From assembly GCA_944390915.1 (NCBI GenBank), contig CALXRS010000006.1:3013-67012 (forward strand): 64,000 bases of DNA, written 5' to 3'. Of the stretch, positions 40,066 to 49,732 are shown one piece after another; position 1 is the stretch's first letter; every line of letters starts with the position of its first letter. The notes beneath the pieces were generated by a model, which searched no databases, was not told where the DNA came from, and worked only from the letters and a program-made list of their open reading frames with translations. The position numbers and the translations under genes were made by a program. This DNA is from an uncultured Alphaproteobacteria bacterium. GTDB lineage: Bacteria > Pseudomonadota > Alphaproteobacteria > RF32 > CAG-239.

Positions 40066-41295
40066 ATGCTTTTTATAGGCAGCCCCTATATTGAAAGAAA
40101 AGCAGATAAGAGCCGTTTGGTTTGTGATATTGAAATTGACGACAAAGAAACAAGAAGCGTTTGGTTTGAAGTTGACCGCGAATATGAGCAATACCTATGT
40201 ACGGAAAGAAGCGATGCTTATGTTATCGGTTTGCTGAACTGGGCCATGAGAGCGCGTCACGATATGACTTGTGCAACGCCGATAAGTGAAGAATTACTGT
40301 TTTCGTTGAACGAATATCTAATCCCCTCTCTGGTTAAATATGCTCCAAGTTTTCATGCCGTTAAGATAGATGCGCCGATTGCCGGTGAGCCGCTGTTTAA
40401 CGCCGGCGCTGTCGGAACAGGGCTTTCCTGTGGTGTAGATTCTCTGCATGCTATTCTAAAACAGCAGCATTCCCGTTATCCGCAACACAATCTTACCCAT
40501 CTGTGTATAAATAATGTGGGAGCTTTCAACGGTTGCTACGATTCCTACGGTATTGAAAGAGCGCGAACGGAATGTTATGAAAAAGCAAAGAAAGCGGCTG
40601 GGGAAATTGGTCTGCCGTTAATAGAAACCGATTCCAATTTTCAGACAGCCTTTAAGCAAAATCATTCACGTAGCCATACTTATTCATCTATGTTTGCTGT
40701 TTTTTGCATGCAAAAATTGTGGCGAGTTTATTTTTATGGATCCAGCGGTTATGATTTTAACTGTTTCAGTTTAACGAATCATGCTGCCGAAGACAGCTCG
40801 CATTATGAGCTCCTTTCACTTAATTGCTTAAGTACGCGCTCCTTGAAAATATATTCCGAAGGCGGCGCGCAAACCCGTCTGGAAAAGACGGCAGATATTG
40901 CTGATTATGACATTGCCCGCAAATATCTGCATGTCTGTACTCGCAAAAGCACCAACTGCGGCGTTTGTCCAAAATGTCGGCGGACAATGCTGGCGCTGGA
41001 TGCTCTTGGCAAGCTGGATGAATTCACACATGTTTTTGATGTGGCATATTATCGGGAACATCGTCGAGAATATCTGTTATGGCTTTATGAAATGCATAAG
41101 CAAAATGATGATATGAATACGCCCACCTATAAACGACTGAAAAAGGAAATAACGCCGGTACTTAGGTTCTTATACCGATGGAATCAAATAAAGAAGCATT
41201 TGCCGGTATACATTACGAAAGAAAAAGTTAAAATTAATCTGTTTTTTTGCAAAATTTCTTTTAAGAGAAGAAAAAGGAAACAGCAATATGACTGA
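40066..41295 (+). CDS. uncharacterised protein with a PP-loop-like SxGxDS motif and a C-terminal CxxCxxC
   Basis: 409 aa. GTGLSCGVDS lies at ~residue 120 and NCGVCPKCRRT near residue 300. This resembles QueC or PP-loop ATP pyrophosphatases only at motif level. Confidence 0.5.
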   Translation: MLFIGSPYIERKADKSRLVCDIEIDDKETRSVWFEVDREYEQYLCTERSDAYVIGLLNWAMRARHDMTCATPISEELLFSLNEYLIPSLVKYAPSFHAVKIDAPIAGEPLFNAGAVGTGLSCGVDSLHAILKQQHSRYPQHNLTHLCINNVGAFNGCYDSYGIERARTECYEKAKKAAGEIGLPLIETDSNFQTAFKQNHSRSHTYSSMFAVFCMQKLWRVYFYGSSGYDFNCFSLTNHAAEDSSHYELLSLNCLSTRSLKIYSEGGAQTRLEKTADIADYDIARKYLHVCTRKSTNCGVCPKCRRTMLALDALGKLDEFTHVFDVAYYREHRREYLLWLYEMHKQNDDMNTPTYKRLKKEITPVLRFLYRWNQIKKHLPVYITKEKVKINLFFCKISFKRRKRKQQYD

Positions 41296-43654
41296 AACCG
41301 TTGCTAAAACCAAAAATTGTACCGGATGTGGCGCCTGTTTAAATATCTGTCCGACAAAGGCCATTGAAATGCAAGCGGACGCGGAAGGTTTTCTCTTTCC
41401 GCGCATAAACGAAAAACAGTGCACCGACTGCGGTTTATGCCTGAAAATTTGTCCCGCCGAACATCCTTTGTACGAACATTCGCAAAAACCGGCATGTTAT
41501 GCCGCAGCTGCACAAGACGAACTCCGCAGTCAAAGCTCCTCCGGAGCGGTTTTTCCTCTGCTGGCAGAAGATTTTTTGCAAAAAGGCGGCTATGTTTCGG
41601 GTGCGGCATTTGATGAAAACAACCGTGTACGTCATATTGTTATAGGCAGCAGCGAAGAACTGCAAAAAATAAAAGGGTCAAAATATGTGCAGAGCGACAC
41701 CGGCCATTCTTATTCGGAAATTAAGAAACTGCTCAAAGAAAACAAACCGGTCTTGTTTTCCGGCACCCCTTGTCAGGTAGCTGGTTTGCGCGCTTTTTTG
41801 CAGAAAGATTACGAAAATCTGCTGACTGTTGATATTGTCTGTCATGGTGCGCCGTCCCCGGTTGCTTTTGAAAAATACGCGGCAGGTATGTTAAATAAAG
41901 AAGGCGAAAAAATCCTTGCCGTTAACTTTCGTGATAAAAAAAACGGTTGGGAACCTTATTGTCTGACGGTTAAGACAAATCATGACATCTATTCGACCAA
42001 CAGATGGAAAGACCTTTTCATCCGTGCCTTTTTAGAAAATTTAATTTTGCGAAAATCCTGTGCACAATGCCCGTTTGCTCGGTTCCCTCGGCAGGGAGAT
42101 ATTACGCTCGGCGATTTTTGGAAAGTGGAAAAGTTTTCAGACAAACTGAATGACGGCCGCGGTACTTCTCTTGTGTTGATAAATTCGTCTAAAGGAAAGA
42201 AATATTTTGATGACATTTCTTCAAAATTTGTATTTTATCGGAAAGTTCCCATAAAATATGCCGTAAAAGGAAACCCGTCACTTGTTTCTGCATCCGCACC
42301 ACATCCCGAACGCGATTGTTTTTTTGAGAACTTACAAAAGGTACCTTTTGTCAACAATGTACAATATTGTCGAAACAAAAAATATGATTGTGCGATATTG
42401 AATTTCTGGTTTGGGAGCAATTATGGGGCTATGCTGACATGCTATGCCTTGCAAGAAGCTCTGAAGGATATGGGAAAACTGCCGTGTGTCATCAATTATG
42501 TGCCGCCCAAAGTTACTGTAGCCGGAAATCTGGCAGAGAATTTTTCTGCCAGATATTTAAAGCTTTCTCCTCCTTGCAATAGTTTTGAAGATTTGCGGAG
42601 ATTGAATAATCTGACAAAAACTTTTATTGTTGGTTCAGATCAGGTCTGGCGATATAAGTATATGAGTTTTTTGGGAAAAAATATTTATCAGCTGAATTTT
42701 GCCGCCCCTGACGCCAAAAAAATCGCTTATGCTGTCAGCTTTGGTTTGGATCATTGGGAAGGCGGTTGTGAAGATACCTTACTGACAAAATATTATATTT
42801 CTCGTTTTGACGCTGTTTCCGTGCGAGAGGATGACGGCGTCGAAATCTGCCGTGATGTTTTTGAAAAAGATGCAGAACATGTGTTGGATCCGGTCTTTTT
42901 AGTCGATATAAAGAAATGGCAACGTCTGCTTGATAATTCTCAATGTTCCGGCAACGGATATGTTACGACTTATGTGTTGGATAAATCTCAGAAAGCGGAA
43001 AATATCATCAATTATGTCTGTCGGAAGTTTTCGGATGTTTCGGTCGTCAATATGGTAAATGCTTCTCGCAGCAAAACGGATATTTGTGCGGAAGACTGGT
43101 TGTATCATATTAAAAATTGCCGTTTTTTGGTGACGGATTCTTTCCATGGAATGTGTTTTGCCATTATTTTTAACAAGCCGTTTATCTGTTTGGCTAATAT
43201 GAATCGCGGATATTCGCGTTTTCGTTCCGTATCGCAGATGTTTGGATTGGAAAACCGCTGTGTTCTTGATTTTGATGAAAAGCAGATTGAAGAAATCCTT
43301 TCGGAAGAGGTAGAATATGCAAAAGTAAACAAAATTATTGCAAAAGAGAAAGAGCGTTCTCTGATGTGGTTGAAAAATGTTTTGCATGCTCAAACACACG
43401 AATATTCGCCGGAAGAAAAAAGACTTATGGAAACGGCGGAAATTTTGCAGGAGCAGATTTTTGACCTCAGATCGGAACTGCAAAAGGCTCAGGAAAAGAT
43501 GCTTGAAAAAGAAAAACTGCCCAAACTGAAAAGAAAGTATTGGCAATATAAATTGAAAATATGGTTTTCTTTTGGAAAAAAACGTAAGAAATATAAACTT
43601 AAAAAGCGGGCATTAAAAGAAAAAATACGTTTAATTCGTCGTGGTAATCCGTAA
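41288..43654 (+). CDS. fusion protein: 2x[4Fe-4S] ferredoxin plus FrhB-like domain plus polysaccharide pyruvyl transferase
   Basis: 788 aa. Cluster motifs are CTGCGACLNICP and CTDCGLCLKICP. The C-terminal half has NYGAMLTCYAL and VTDSFHG as in pyruvyl transferases. It has a basic coiled tail and overlaps the previous gene by 8 nt. Confidence 0.65.
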   Translation: MTETVAKTKNCTGCGACLNICPTKAIEMQADAEGFLFPRINEKQCTDCGLCLKICPAEHPLYEHSQKPACYAAAAQDELRSQSSSGAVFPLLAEDFLQKGGYVSGAAFDENNRVRHIVIGSSEELQKIKGSKYVQSDTGHSYSEIKKLLKENKPVLFSGTPCQVAGLRAFLQKDYENLLTVDIVCHGAPSPVAFEKYAAGMLNKEGEKILAVNFRDKKNGWEPYCLTVKTNHDIYSTNRWKDLFIRAFLENLILRKSCAQCPFARFPRQGDITLGDFWKVEKFSDKLNDGRGTSLVLINSSKGKKYFDDISSKFVFYRKVPIKYAVKGNPSLVSASAPHPERDCFFENLQKVPFVNNVQYCRNKKYDCAILNFWFGSNYGAMLTCYALQEALKDMGKLPCVINYVPPKVTVAGNLAENFSARYLKLSPPCNSFEDLRRLNNLTKTFIVGSDQVWRYKYMSFLGKNIYQLNFAAPDAKKIAYAVSFGLDHWEGGCEDTLLTKYYISRFDAVSVREDDGVEICRDVFEKDAEHVLDPVFLVDIKKWQRLLDNSQCSGNGYVTTYVLDKSQKAENIINYVCRKFSDVSVVNMVNASRSKTDICAEDWLYHIKNCRFLVTDSFHGMCFAIIFNKPFICLANMNRGYSRFRSVSQMFGLENRCVLDFDEKQIEEILSEEVEYAKVNKIIAKEKERSLMWLKNVLHAQTHEYSPEEKRLMETAEILQEQIFDLRSELQKAQEKMLEKEKLPKLKRKYWQYKLKIWFSFGKKRKKYKLKKRALKEKIRLIRRGNP

Positions 43655-43734
43655 AGTATAATTTTTTCCGGCTGTTGCACTTGTGGGAGAATTACCTATA
43701 TATTATGTAACAGAGTTAATCGGGATAGAAGGTA

Positions 43735-46044
43735 ATGAGTAAAGATATATATCCAATTTTGCCGCTGCGCGATATAGTCGTTTATCCGAAGATGATTGTA
43801 CCGCTGTTTGTCGGTCGCGAAAAATCGATAAAGGCGCTGCAGTCGGCCATCGACGGCAGTCAGAATATTGTTTTGGCCACGCAGAAGGAAGCCGCGACGG
43901 AAGACCCCGGCGCGGACGATATCTACCACGTGGGAACTCTCGGTACCATCGTGCAGTTGGTGCGGCTGCCCGACGGCACCGTCAAGGTGCTGGTGGAAGG
44001 CGTGTCGCGGGTGCGGATAGACGAGTTTTTGCCGGCCGACGGCTTTATGCAGGTGGAAGCGGAAGTTCTGGAAGATGATGAATTTTTCGATTTGGAAACG
44101 GAGGCTTTGTCACGCGCCGTGCTTTCCCAGTTTGAAGAATATGTCAAGATGTCCAAAAAAGTGCCGCCGGAAGTTTTGATTTCCGTCAGCCAGATTGAAG
44201 ACTATGGCAAGCTGGCCGATACCATTGCTTCGCATCTGTCTTTGAAAATTGCGGAAAAACAGGCTTTGCTCGAAGGCAAAAACCTTAAAGAGCGTTTTGA
44301 GAAAATTCTGGAATTCATGGATGCGGAAATCACCATGCTGGAAGTGGAAAACAAAATCCGCTCGCGGGTGAAAAAACAGATGGAAAAAAACCAGAAGGAA
44401 TATTACTTAAACGAGCAGATGCGCGCCATCCAGAAAGAACTCGGCGACGGCGACGAACAAAGCGAGATAGACGCCTATATGCAAAAAATAGAAAAAACGA
44501 AGCTCTCCAAAGAAGCGCGCGAAAAAGCCATGGCCGAAGTGAAAAAACTGAAAACCATGAGCATGATGTCGGCCGAAGCAACGGTTGTGCGCAACTATCT
44601 GGATTGGCTGCTTGACATTCCCTGGCACAAGCGTTCCAAGGTGAACAGGGATTTGCAAAAGGCGGCGGAAATTCTCGATGCCGACCACTACGGGCTGGAA
44701 AAAGTCAAAGAACGGATTATCGAATATCTGGCGGTGCAGAGCCGCACCGAAAAGGTGAAAGGGCCGATTTTGTGTCTGTTCGGACCTCCGGGCGTGGGCA
44801 AAACCTCGCTTGGGAAGTCGATTGCGCGGGCAACGGGGCGCAGCTTTGTGCGCACGTCTTTGGGCGGCATGCGCGACGAGGCGGAAATCCGCGGGCATCG
44901 ACGCACCTACATTGGTTCCATGCCCGGCAAAATCATCAAGGGCATGAAAAAAGCCGGAACCTCCAACCCGTTGTTCCTGCTTGACGAAATCGACAAGCTC
45001 GGCAGCGACTGGCGGGGTGATCCGTCGTCGGCTCTGCTTGAAGTGCTGGATCCCGAACAAAACAATACGTTTAATGACCATTATCTGGAAGTGGATTACG
45101 ATTTATCGGACGTGATGTTCGTAACCACCGCCAACAGCCTTGATATGCCGCGGCCGCTTCTGGATCGGATGGAGATTATCCGCTTGTCGGGCTACACCGA
45201 AGACGAAAAAATAGAAATTGCCAAACGGCACCTGATGCCGAAAGTGTTTGCGGAAAATGCGGTCAAACCCGAAGAACTGTTCATTGACGAAGCCGCCATC
45301 CGCGACATAATCCGCTACTATACGCGGGAAGCCGGCGTGCGCAATCTGGAAAGAGAGCTTTCCAACATTGCCCGCAAGGCGGTTAAAAACCTGCTGATGC
45401 ATAAGGAAAAAGGGCGTGTTGACGTGACTGCCGCCAATCTGGAGCAGTATCTCGGCGTTAAAAAATATCGCTACGGCGAAGCCGAAAACGAAGATCATAT
45501 CGGCGTAACCACCGGTTTGGCATGGACGGAAGTGGGCGGCGATATTCTGTTTATCGAAGCGGTGGACATGCCCGGCAAAGGCGTGGTCAAACAGACCGGC
45601 AAATTGGGCGAGGTGATGAAGGAGTCGATAGAAACGGCTTATTCCGTCGTTCGTTCGCATGCCGAAAAACTCGGCATTAAGCCCGAGGTGTTTGAAAAAA
45701 CGGATATCCATGTCCATGTGCCGGAAGGGGCAACGCCGAAAGACGGACCGTCGGCGGGGATTGCCATGTATACGACGCTGGTTTCCGTGCTGACCAAGAT
45801 TCCGGTGCGCAAAGATGTGGCCATGACGGGCGAAATTACGCTGCAGGGCAGGGTGCTGCCCATCGGCGGGTTGAAGGAAAAACTGCTGTCTGCTTTGCGC
45901 GGCGGCATTAAAACGGTGATTATTCCGAAAGACAACGAAAAAGACCTTACGGAAATTCCCGATAATGTCAAAACGGGCTTAAAAATTATTCCCGTTGCCA
46001 ATGCCGACGAGGTTTTGGACATTGCCTTGCACAAAAAACGCTGA
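43735..46044 (+). CDS. lon: ATP-dependent Lon protease
   Basis: 769 aa with Walker A GPPGVGKTS and the catalytic Ser context PKDGPSAG. Confidence 0.95.
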   Translation: MSKDIYPILPLRDIVVYPKMIVPLFVGREKSIKALQSAIDGSQNIVLATQKEAATEDPGADDIYHVGTLGTIVQLVRLPDGTVKVLVEGVSRVRIDEFLPADGFMQVEAEVLEDDEFFDLETEALSRAVLSQFEEYVKMSKKVPPEVLISVSQIEDYGKLADTIASHLSLKIAEKQALLEGKNLKERFEKILEFMDAEITMLEVENKIRSRVKKQMEKNQKEYYLNEQMRAIQKELGDGDEQSEIDAYMQKIEKTKLSKEAREKAMAEVKKLKTMSMMSAEATVVRNYLDWLLDIPWHKRSKVNRDLQKAAEILDADHYGLEKVKERIIEYLAVQSRTEKVKGPILCLFGPPGVGKTSLGKSIARATGRSFVRTSLGGMRDEAEIRGHRRTYIGSMPGKIIKGMKKAGTSNPLFLLDEIDKLGSDWRGDPSSALLEVLDPEQNNTFNDHYLEVDYDLSDVMFVTTANSLDMPRPLLDRMEIIRLSGYTEDEKIEIAKRHLMPKVFAENAVKPEELFIDEAAIRDIIRYYTREAGVRNLERELSNIARKAVKNLLMHKEKGRVDVTAANLEQYLGVKKYRYGEAENEDHIGVTTGLAWTEVGGDILFIEAVDMPGKGVVKQTGKLGEVMKESIETAYSVVRSHAEKLGIKPEVFEKTDIHVHVPEGATPKDGPSAGIAMYTTLVSVLTKIPVRKDVAMTGEITLQGRVLPIGGLKEKLLSALRGGIKTVIIPKDNEKDLTEIPDNVKTGLKIIPVANADEVLDIALHKKR

Positions 46045-46098
46045 ACCGGCTTTTCCGCCGGTTTTCGTTGTGCGGCCGGCTCTTTCATAAAAACGAAA

Positions 46099-46130
46099 GA
46101 AGGCGCCCGGAAAAGGCGCCTTCTTGGATT
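46099..46130. terminator. bidirectional rho-independent terminator
   Basis: gaaggcgcc (46099-46107) pairs with ggcgccttc (46115-46123). T-runs are present on both strands. Confidence 0.65.
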
Positions 46131-46144
46131 TTTGAACGGCTGTC

Positions 46145-46615
46145 TTAAAAGGCCAGCCATCCGTTGTTCTTTTTGATCGAAATTTTGGCTTTGGCGAAAT
46201 CTTCCTTTTTTAAGGTAAGCTTGTTTTCGCCTTTGCGGAAGGTGACGGTATTGTCGTCTTCCGAAACTTCGTAACCTGCCTCGGTAAACTCGTCCGCAAG
46301 TTCCTCTGCCCAGCCGTTAAAAAATGACATAATCGTCATGTTTTTTCCGTCTGCCAGGCGGATTTTGATGCAGTCGGCATCTTCGACGGGGTCGAAAGCG
46401 GAAACGATGGTCATAAAGCCCGTCATCCTATCCGAGGTGTCGGCTTGAACCAGAGCATAACCGGAAGCTTCACTTGTAGCCATCTGGTAAAACAGGGGCA
46501 TTTCCACTTGCACGGCGCGTGTGGTAAATTTGCTGATGATTACTGTTGTTTCGTCCTGAGCGGCCGCGGAAAAAGATAATACTGCTGCCGCAATTAATAA
46601 AATTAACTTTTTCAT
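46145..46615 (-). CDS. secreted hypothetical protein
   Basis: 156 aa with the signal peptide MKKLILLIAAAVLSFSAAAQ. I recognise no motif. Confidence 0.55.
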   Translation of the reverse strand: MKKLILLIAAAVLSFSAAAQDETTVIISKFTTRAVQVEMPLFYQMATSEASGYALVQADTSDRMTGFMTIVSAFDPVEDADCIKIRLADGKNMTIMSFFNGWAEELADEFTEAGYEVSEDDNTVTFRKGENKLTLKKEDFAKAKISIKKNNGWLAF

Positions 46616-46730
46616 AAAAAACGTTTTTTAGAATTATAGGATTAGTAATTTTTCATCTGTAAAAATATTTTAGTCTATTTATTTTATTTGTCAATAAATT
46701 TGTCAAAAAATATTTATGCGTTGCCGGTAC

Positions 46731-46772
46731 AAAAAAACAGGGAGCCATGCAAACTCCCTGTTCGTTTTTTTT
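46731..46772. terminator. bidirectional rho-independent terminator (serves the DsbA-like gene)
   Basis: aacagggag (46736-46744) pairs with ctccctgtt (46754-46762). It is flanked by an A-run and a T-run. Confidence 0.65.
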
Positions 46773-46783
46773 CTGAGGAAAAA

Positions 46784-47542
46784 CTATTTCAACTCGTCAA
46801 TACGATTCTGGATGGTGTCTGCATCAAGAGTCTGCAGCAGATTGCCGTTCAAAATCAGAGTCGGAACGCCGCTTACCTGAATTTTTCCGGTAAGTTCGTC
46901 ATTGGCCTGCATGATGGCGTTGATTTTTTCGCTGTTGGCGTCTGCTTTCAGCTTTTCGACATCAAGTCCGAGTTTTTCGGCCACTTCGTTGATTTTGTTT
47001 TCGTCAACCGGACCTTCGATGGTAAACAAGGCATTGTGCATTTCAATGAATTTGCCCTGTTCGGCCGCCGCCAGAGCAGCTCTTGCAGCATAATCGGAAT
47101 AGGGGGCGACAAAAGCCACCGGCTTAAATACAAATTTAACGTCGCTGTTATTGGCCATCACTTCGTTCAGTTCGGGGAACAATCTGTGGCAGAAGCTGCA
47201 GGCATAGTCAAAGAATTCCACAAGGACGATTTCCGCGTCTTCGTCGCCGACGAAAGGCGTGTTCGGATCGTTGTTGACTTCTTCGATGTTGTCTTTAACC
47301 AGCTGGCTGGCGGCTTCCAATGCCTGTTCCTGCATTTTTTCCTGATATTTCTGCATGGCATTGATAATGATTTCGGGTTTTTCGTTTAAGACCGCTTCGA
47401 TATCGGCGGCGGCAACGGCAGTTTCTGCCTTGCTTTCGGGAGCTTTGTTTTCTTCCGCTTTTTGGCAGGGATAAAAAACTTTTACCAGAGCGGCAGCCGA
47501 GAACAACAGCGCCAGAATAGAAATAAAGAGTGATTTTTTCAT
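46784..47542 (-). CDS. DsbA-family thiol:disulfide oxidoreductase
   Basis: 252 aa with a signal or anchor sequence and the thioredoxin-fold active site CSFC. Confidence 0.8.
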   Translation of the reverse strand: MKKSLFISILALLFSAAALVKVFYPCQKAEENKAPESKAETAVAAADIEAVLNEKPEIIINAMQKYQEKMQEQALEAASQLVKDNIEEVNNDPNTPFVGDEDAEIVLVEFFDYACSFCHRLFPELNEVMANNSDVKFVFKPVAFVAPYSDYAARAALAAAEQGKFIEMHNALFTIEGPVDENKINEVAEKLGLDVEKLKADANSEKINAIMQANDELTGKIQVSGVPTLILNGNLLQTLDADTIQNRIDELK

Positions 47543-47719
47543 AATTTTTTCCTTGTTAAAAAAGATTGTTATATAACAAAATCAGTTACAATCTAACCAA
47601 TATTGTTTTTGTTTACAAGCATAAAAAAAAATTATTCTCAAAAATCCAGTTTTTATTAACTTTTGGCGGTTATGCTTATATTTGGCGAATATTTTTGGAG
47701 CAAGATTTGGAGCAAGAGA

Positions 47720-48379
47720 ATGTTACATGTTAAGTTTCCCGTGATTTCCCATACGCAGGCTCTGGAAAACAAAATTGATTTGTTTCACGACAAAATGATT
47801 GAGGCCGCTGCCGTCTTTCATCGTTCCGTCAGGGTGTTTTTGGAGGCGGGCGTTGGTTTGGAATATAAAAAAATCAACCGAAAAATAAAATCGATAGAGC
47901 ACGATGCCGACACTCTCCGCCGCGATATCGAAAACGACCTCTATTCGCAAAACCTTCTGCCCAACCTGCAGGCGGATATTTTGCAGCTGATTGAAGGGTT
48001 GGATAAAATTAACAATCAGATCGACGACGTTATCTACAAATTTTATATCGAACGGCCGGAAATTCCGGCAAAATTTCACCGCAAGCTGATAGAACTTTGC
48101 GATTGTTCGGCGGATTGCGCGGAAAACCTGGCCATTGCTTCGCGGGCTTTTTTTAAGGATCTGAGCAAGGTGCGCGATTATTCGCTTAAGGTTTATATTG
48201 CGGAACAGGAGTCGGATCAGATATATAACGATTTGAAAAAATCGATTTTTAATTCGGACATGGAATTGGCCAACAAACTGCAGCTCGACCTTTTGGTTAC
48301 CGAAGCGGCGGATATTGCCGATATTGCGGAAGACTGCGCCGACGAACTGCTGATTTTTACCTTAAAAAGGGATATCTGA
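47720..48379 (+). CDS. DUF47/PhoU-like protein associated with Pit transporters
   Basis: 219 aa from the ATG at 47720 after GGAG. It is a helical protein, and its stop abuts the pit start. Confidence 0.7.
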   Translation: MLHVKFPVISHTQALENKIDLFHDKMIEAAAVFHRSVRVFLEAGVGLEYKKINRKIKSIEHDADTLRRDIENDLYSQNLLPNLQADILQLIEGLDKINNQIDDVIYKFYIERPEIPAKFHRKLIELCDCSADCAENLAIASRAFFKDLSKVRDYSLKVYIAEQESDQIYNDLKKSIFNSDMELANKLQLDLLVTEAADIADIAEDCADELLIFTLKRDI

Positions 48380-49428
48380 TGCTTTCTTTCTTACTGTTTT
48401 TAAGCAGCGGACTTTTTCTCGGGTGGTCGCTCGGCGCCAATGACGGCTCAAATGTCTTCGGCACGGCGGTCGGCACGAAAATGCTCAAATTCAGGACGGC
48501 GGCGCTCATTGCTTCGCTGTTCGTCATTATCGGCGCCGTATCCGGCGGCAGCGGCGGCGCGGCAACGCTCAACGCGCTCGGCAGCGTCAATGCACAGGCC
48601 GGCGCGTTTATGGTCTGTCTGGCGGCCGCCTTGTCCATCTACTGGATGACCAAAAGCAGGATTTCCGTTTCCACCTCTCAGGCCATTGTCGGCGCTATTG
48701 TCGGCTGGAACATATACAGCGGCAAACCGACCGATGCGGAACTTTTTTCAAAAATTGTCGGCACCTGGGTTTTGTGTCCGGTTTTGGCCGGTGTTCTGGC
48801 CATGATTTTGTATCGTCTTACGCGGTTTGTTATTTTGCGTTGCAAAGTCTCTCTTTTGCGGCAGGATTTTTATACCCGCGTCGGACTTGTTTTGGCCGGT
48901 GCTTTCGGAGCCTATGCGCTGGGCGCCAACAACATTGCCAACGTCATGGGCGTGTTTGTAGCCTCCAATCCGCTGCAGTCGTTAAGTTTTCCGGGAGGGG
49001 GAGAGCTTTCTTCCGAACAGGTTTTGTTTCTTTTCGGCGGCATCGCGATCGCCGTCGGCATTGCCACCTATTCGCGCCGGATAATGCAAACCGTGGGACA
49101 AAATATTTGTCTGATGAGTCCGTTGGCGGCCTGGGTGGTGGTGGTGGCGCAGGCGCTGGTGTTGTTTTTGTTTGCCTCCGATTCTTTGCATCGCTTTTTG
49201 GAAAATAACGGGCTGCCGGCCATTCCGCCGGTGCCGGTTTCCAGTTCGCAGGCGGTTATCGGCGCGGTTATCGGCGTGGGGCTGCTGAAAGGCGGGCATG
49301 GCATCAACTGGGGGCTTATCGGGCGGATATTCATCGGTTGGGTGGCCACCCCGATAATTGCTGCGGCCTTTTGTTTTGTTGCTCTTTTCTTCCTTGAAAA
49401 TGTTTTTAATCTGCAGGTTTATTACTGA
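48379..49428 (+). CDS. pit: inorganic phosphate transporter, PiT family
   Basis: 349 aa and polytopic. The duplicated PHO4 signatures are GANDGSNVFGTAVG and GANNIANVMG. Confidence 0.85.
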   Translation: MLSFLLFLSSGLFLGWSLGANDGSNVFGTAVGTKMLKFRTAALIASLFVIIGAVSGGSGGAATLNALGSVNAQAGAFMVCLAAALSIYWMTKSRISVSTSQAIVGAIVGWNIYSGKPTDAELFSKIVGTWVLCPVLAGVLAMILYRLTRFVILRCKVSLLRQDFYTRVGLVLAGAFGAYALGANNIANVMGVFVASNPLQSLSFPGGGELSSEQVLFLFGGIAIAVGIATYSRRIMQTVGQNICLMSPLAAWVVVVAQALVLFLFASDSLHRFLENNGLPAIPPVPVSSSQAVIGAVIGVGLLKGGHGINWGLIGRIFIGWVATPIIAAAFCFVALFFLENVFNLQVYY

Positions 49429-49732
49429 TTATACGCTTTTTATGCGTTTTCTGAAAAAATTTGCAAATCCGCTGCAGCAAAAGCCTCTGCGGTTGTTTCG
49501 TGTTACGGAAAATTTTTGAACGTTTTTTTAGAAAATGCTTGCTCATATATGTATTTGTTTTATATTATAATCAATTGACGGTTGAATTGATAAGGCGGAA
49601 TATATGAAAATGCATAAAATTAAGGGAAAATTCAATTCCGCCCGATATACAACCCGATATGCAATTTCAAAGCCGCGGAAACGGCAGTTTTCGGAAAAAG
49701 TAGAAATAAAGAGGATGAAAAATAGGGAAAAC

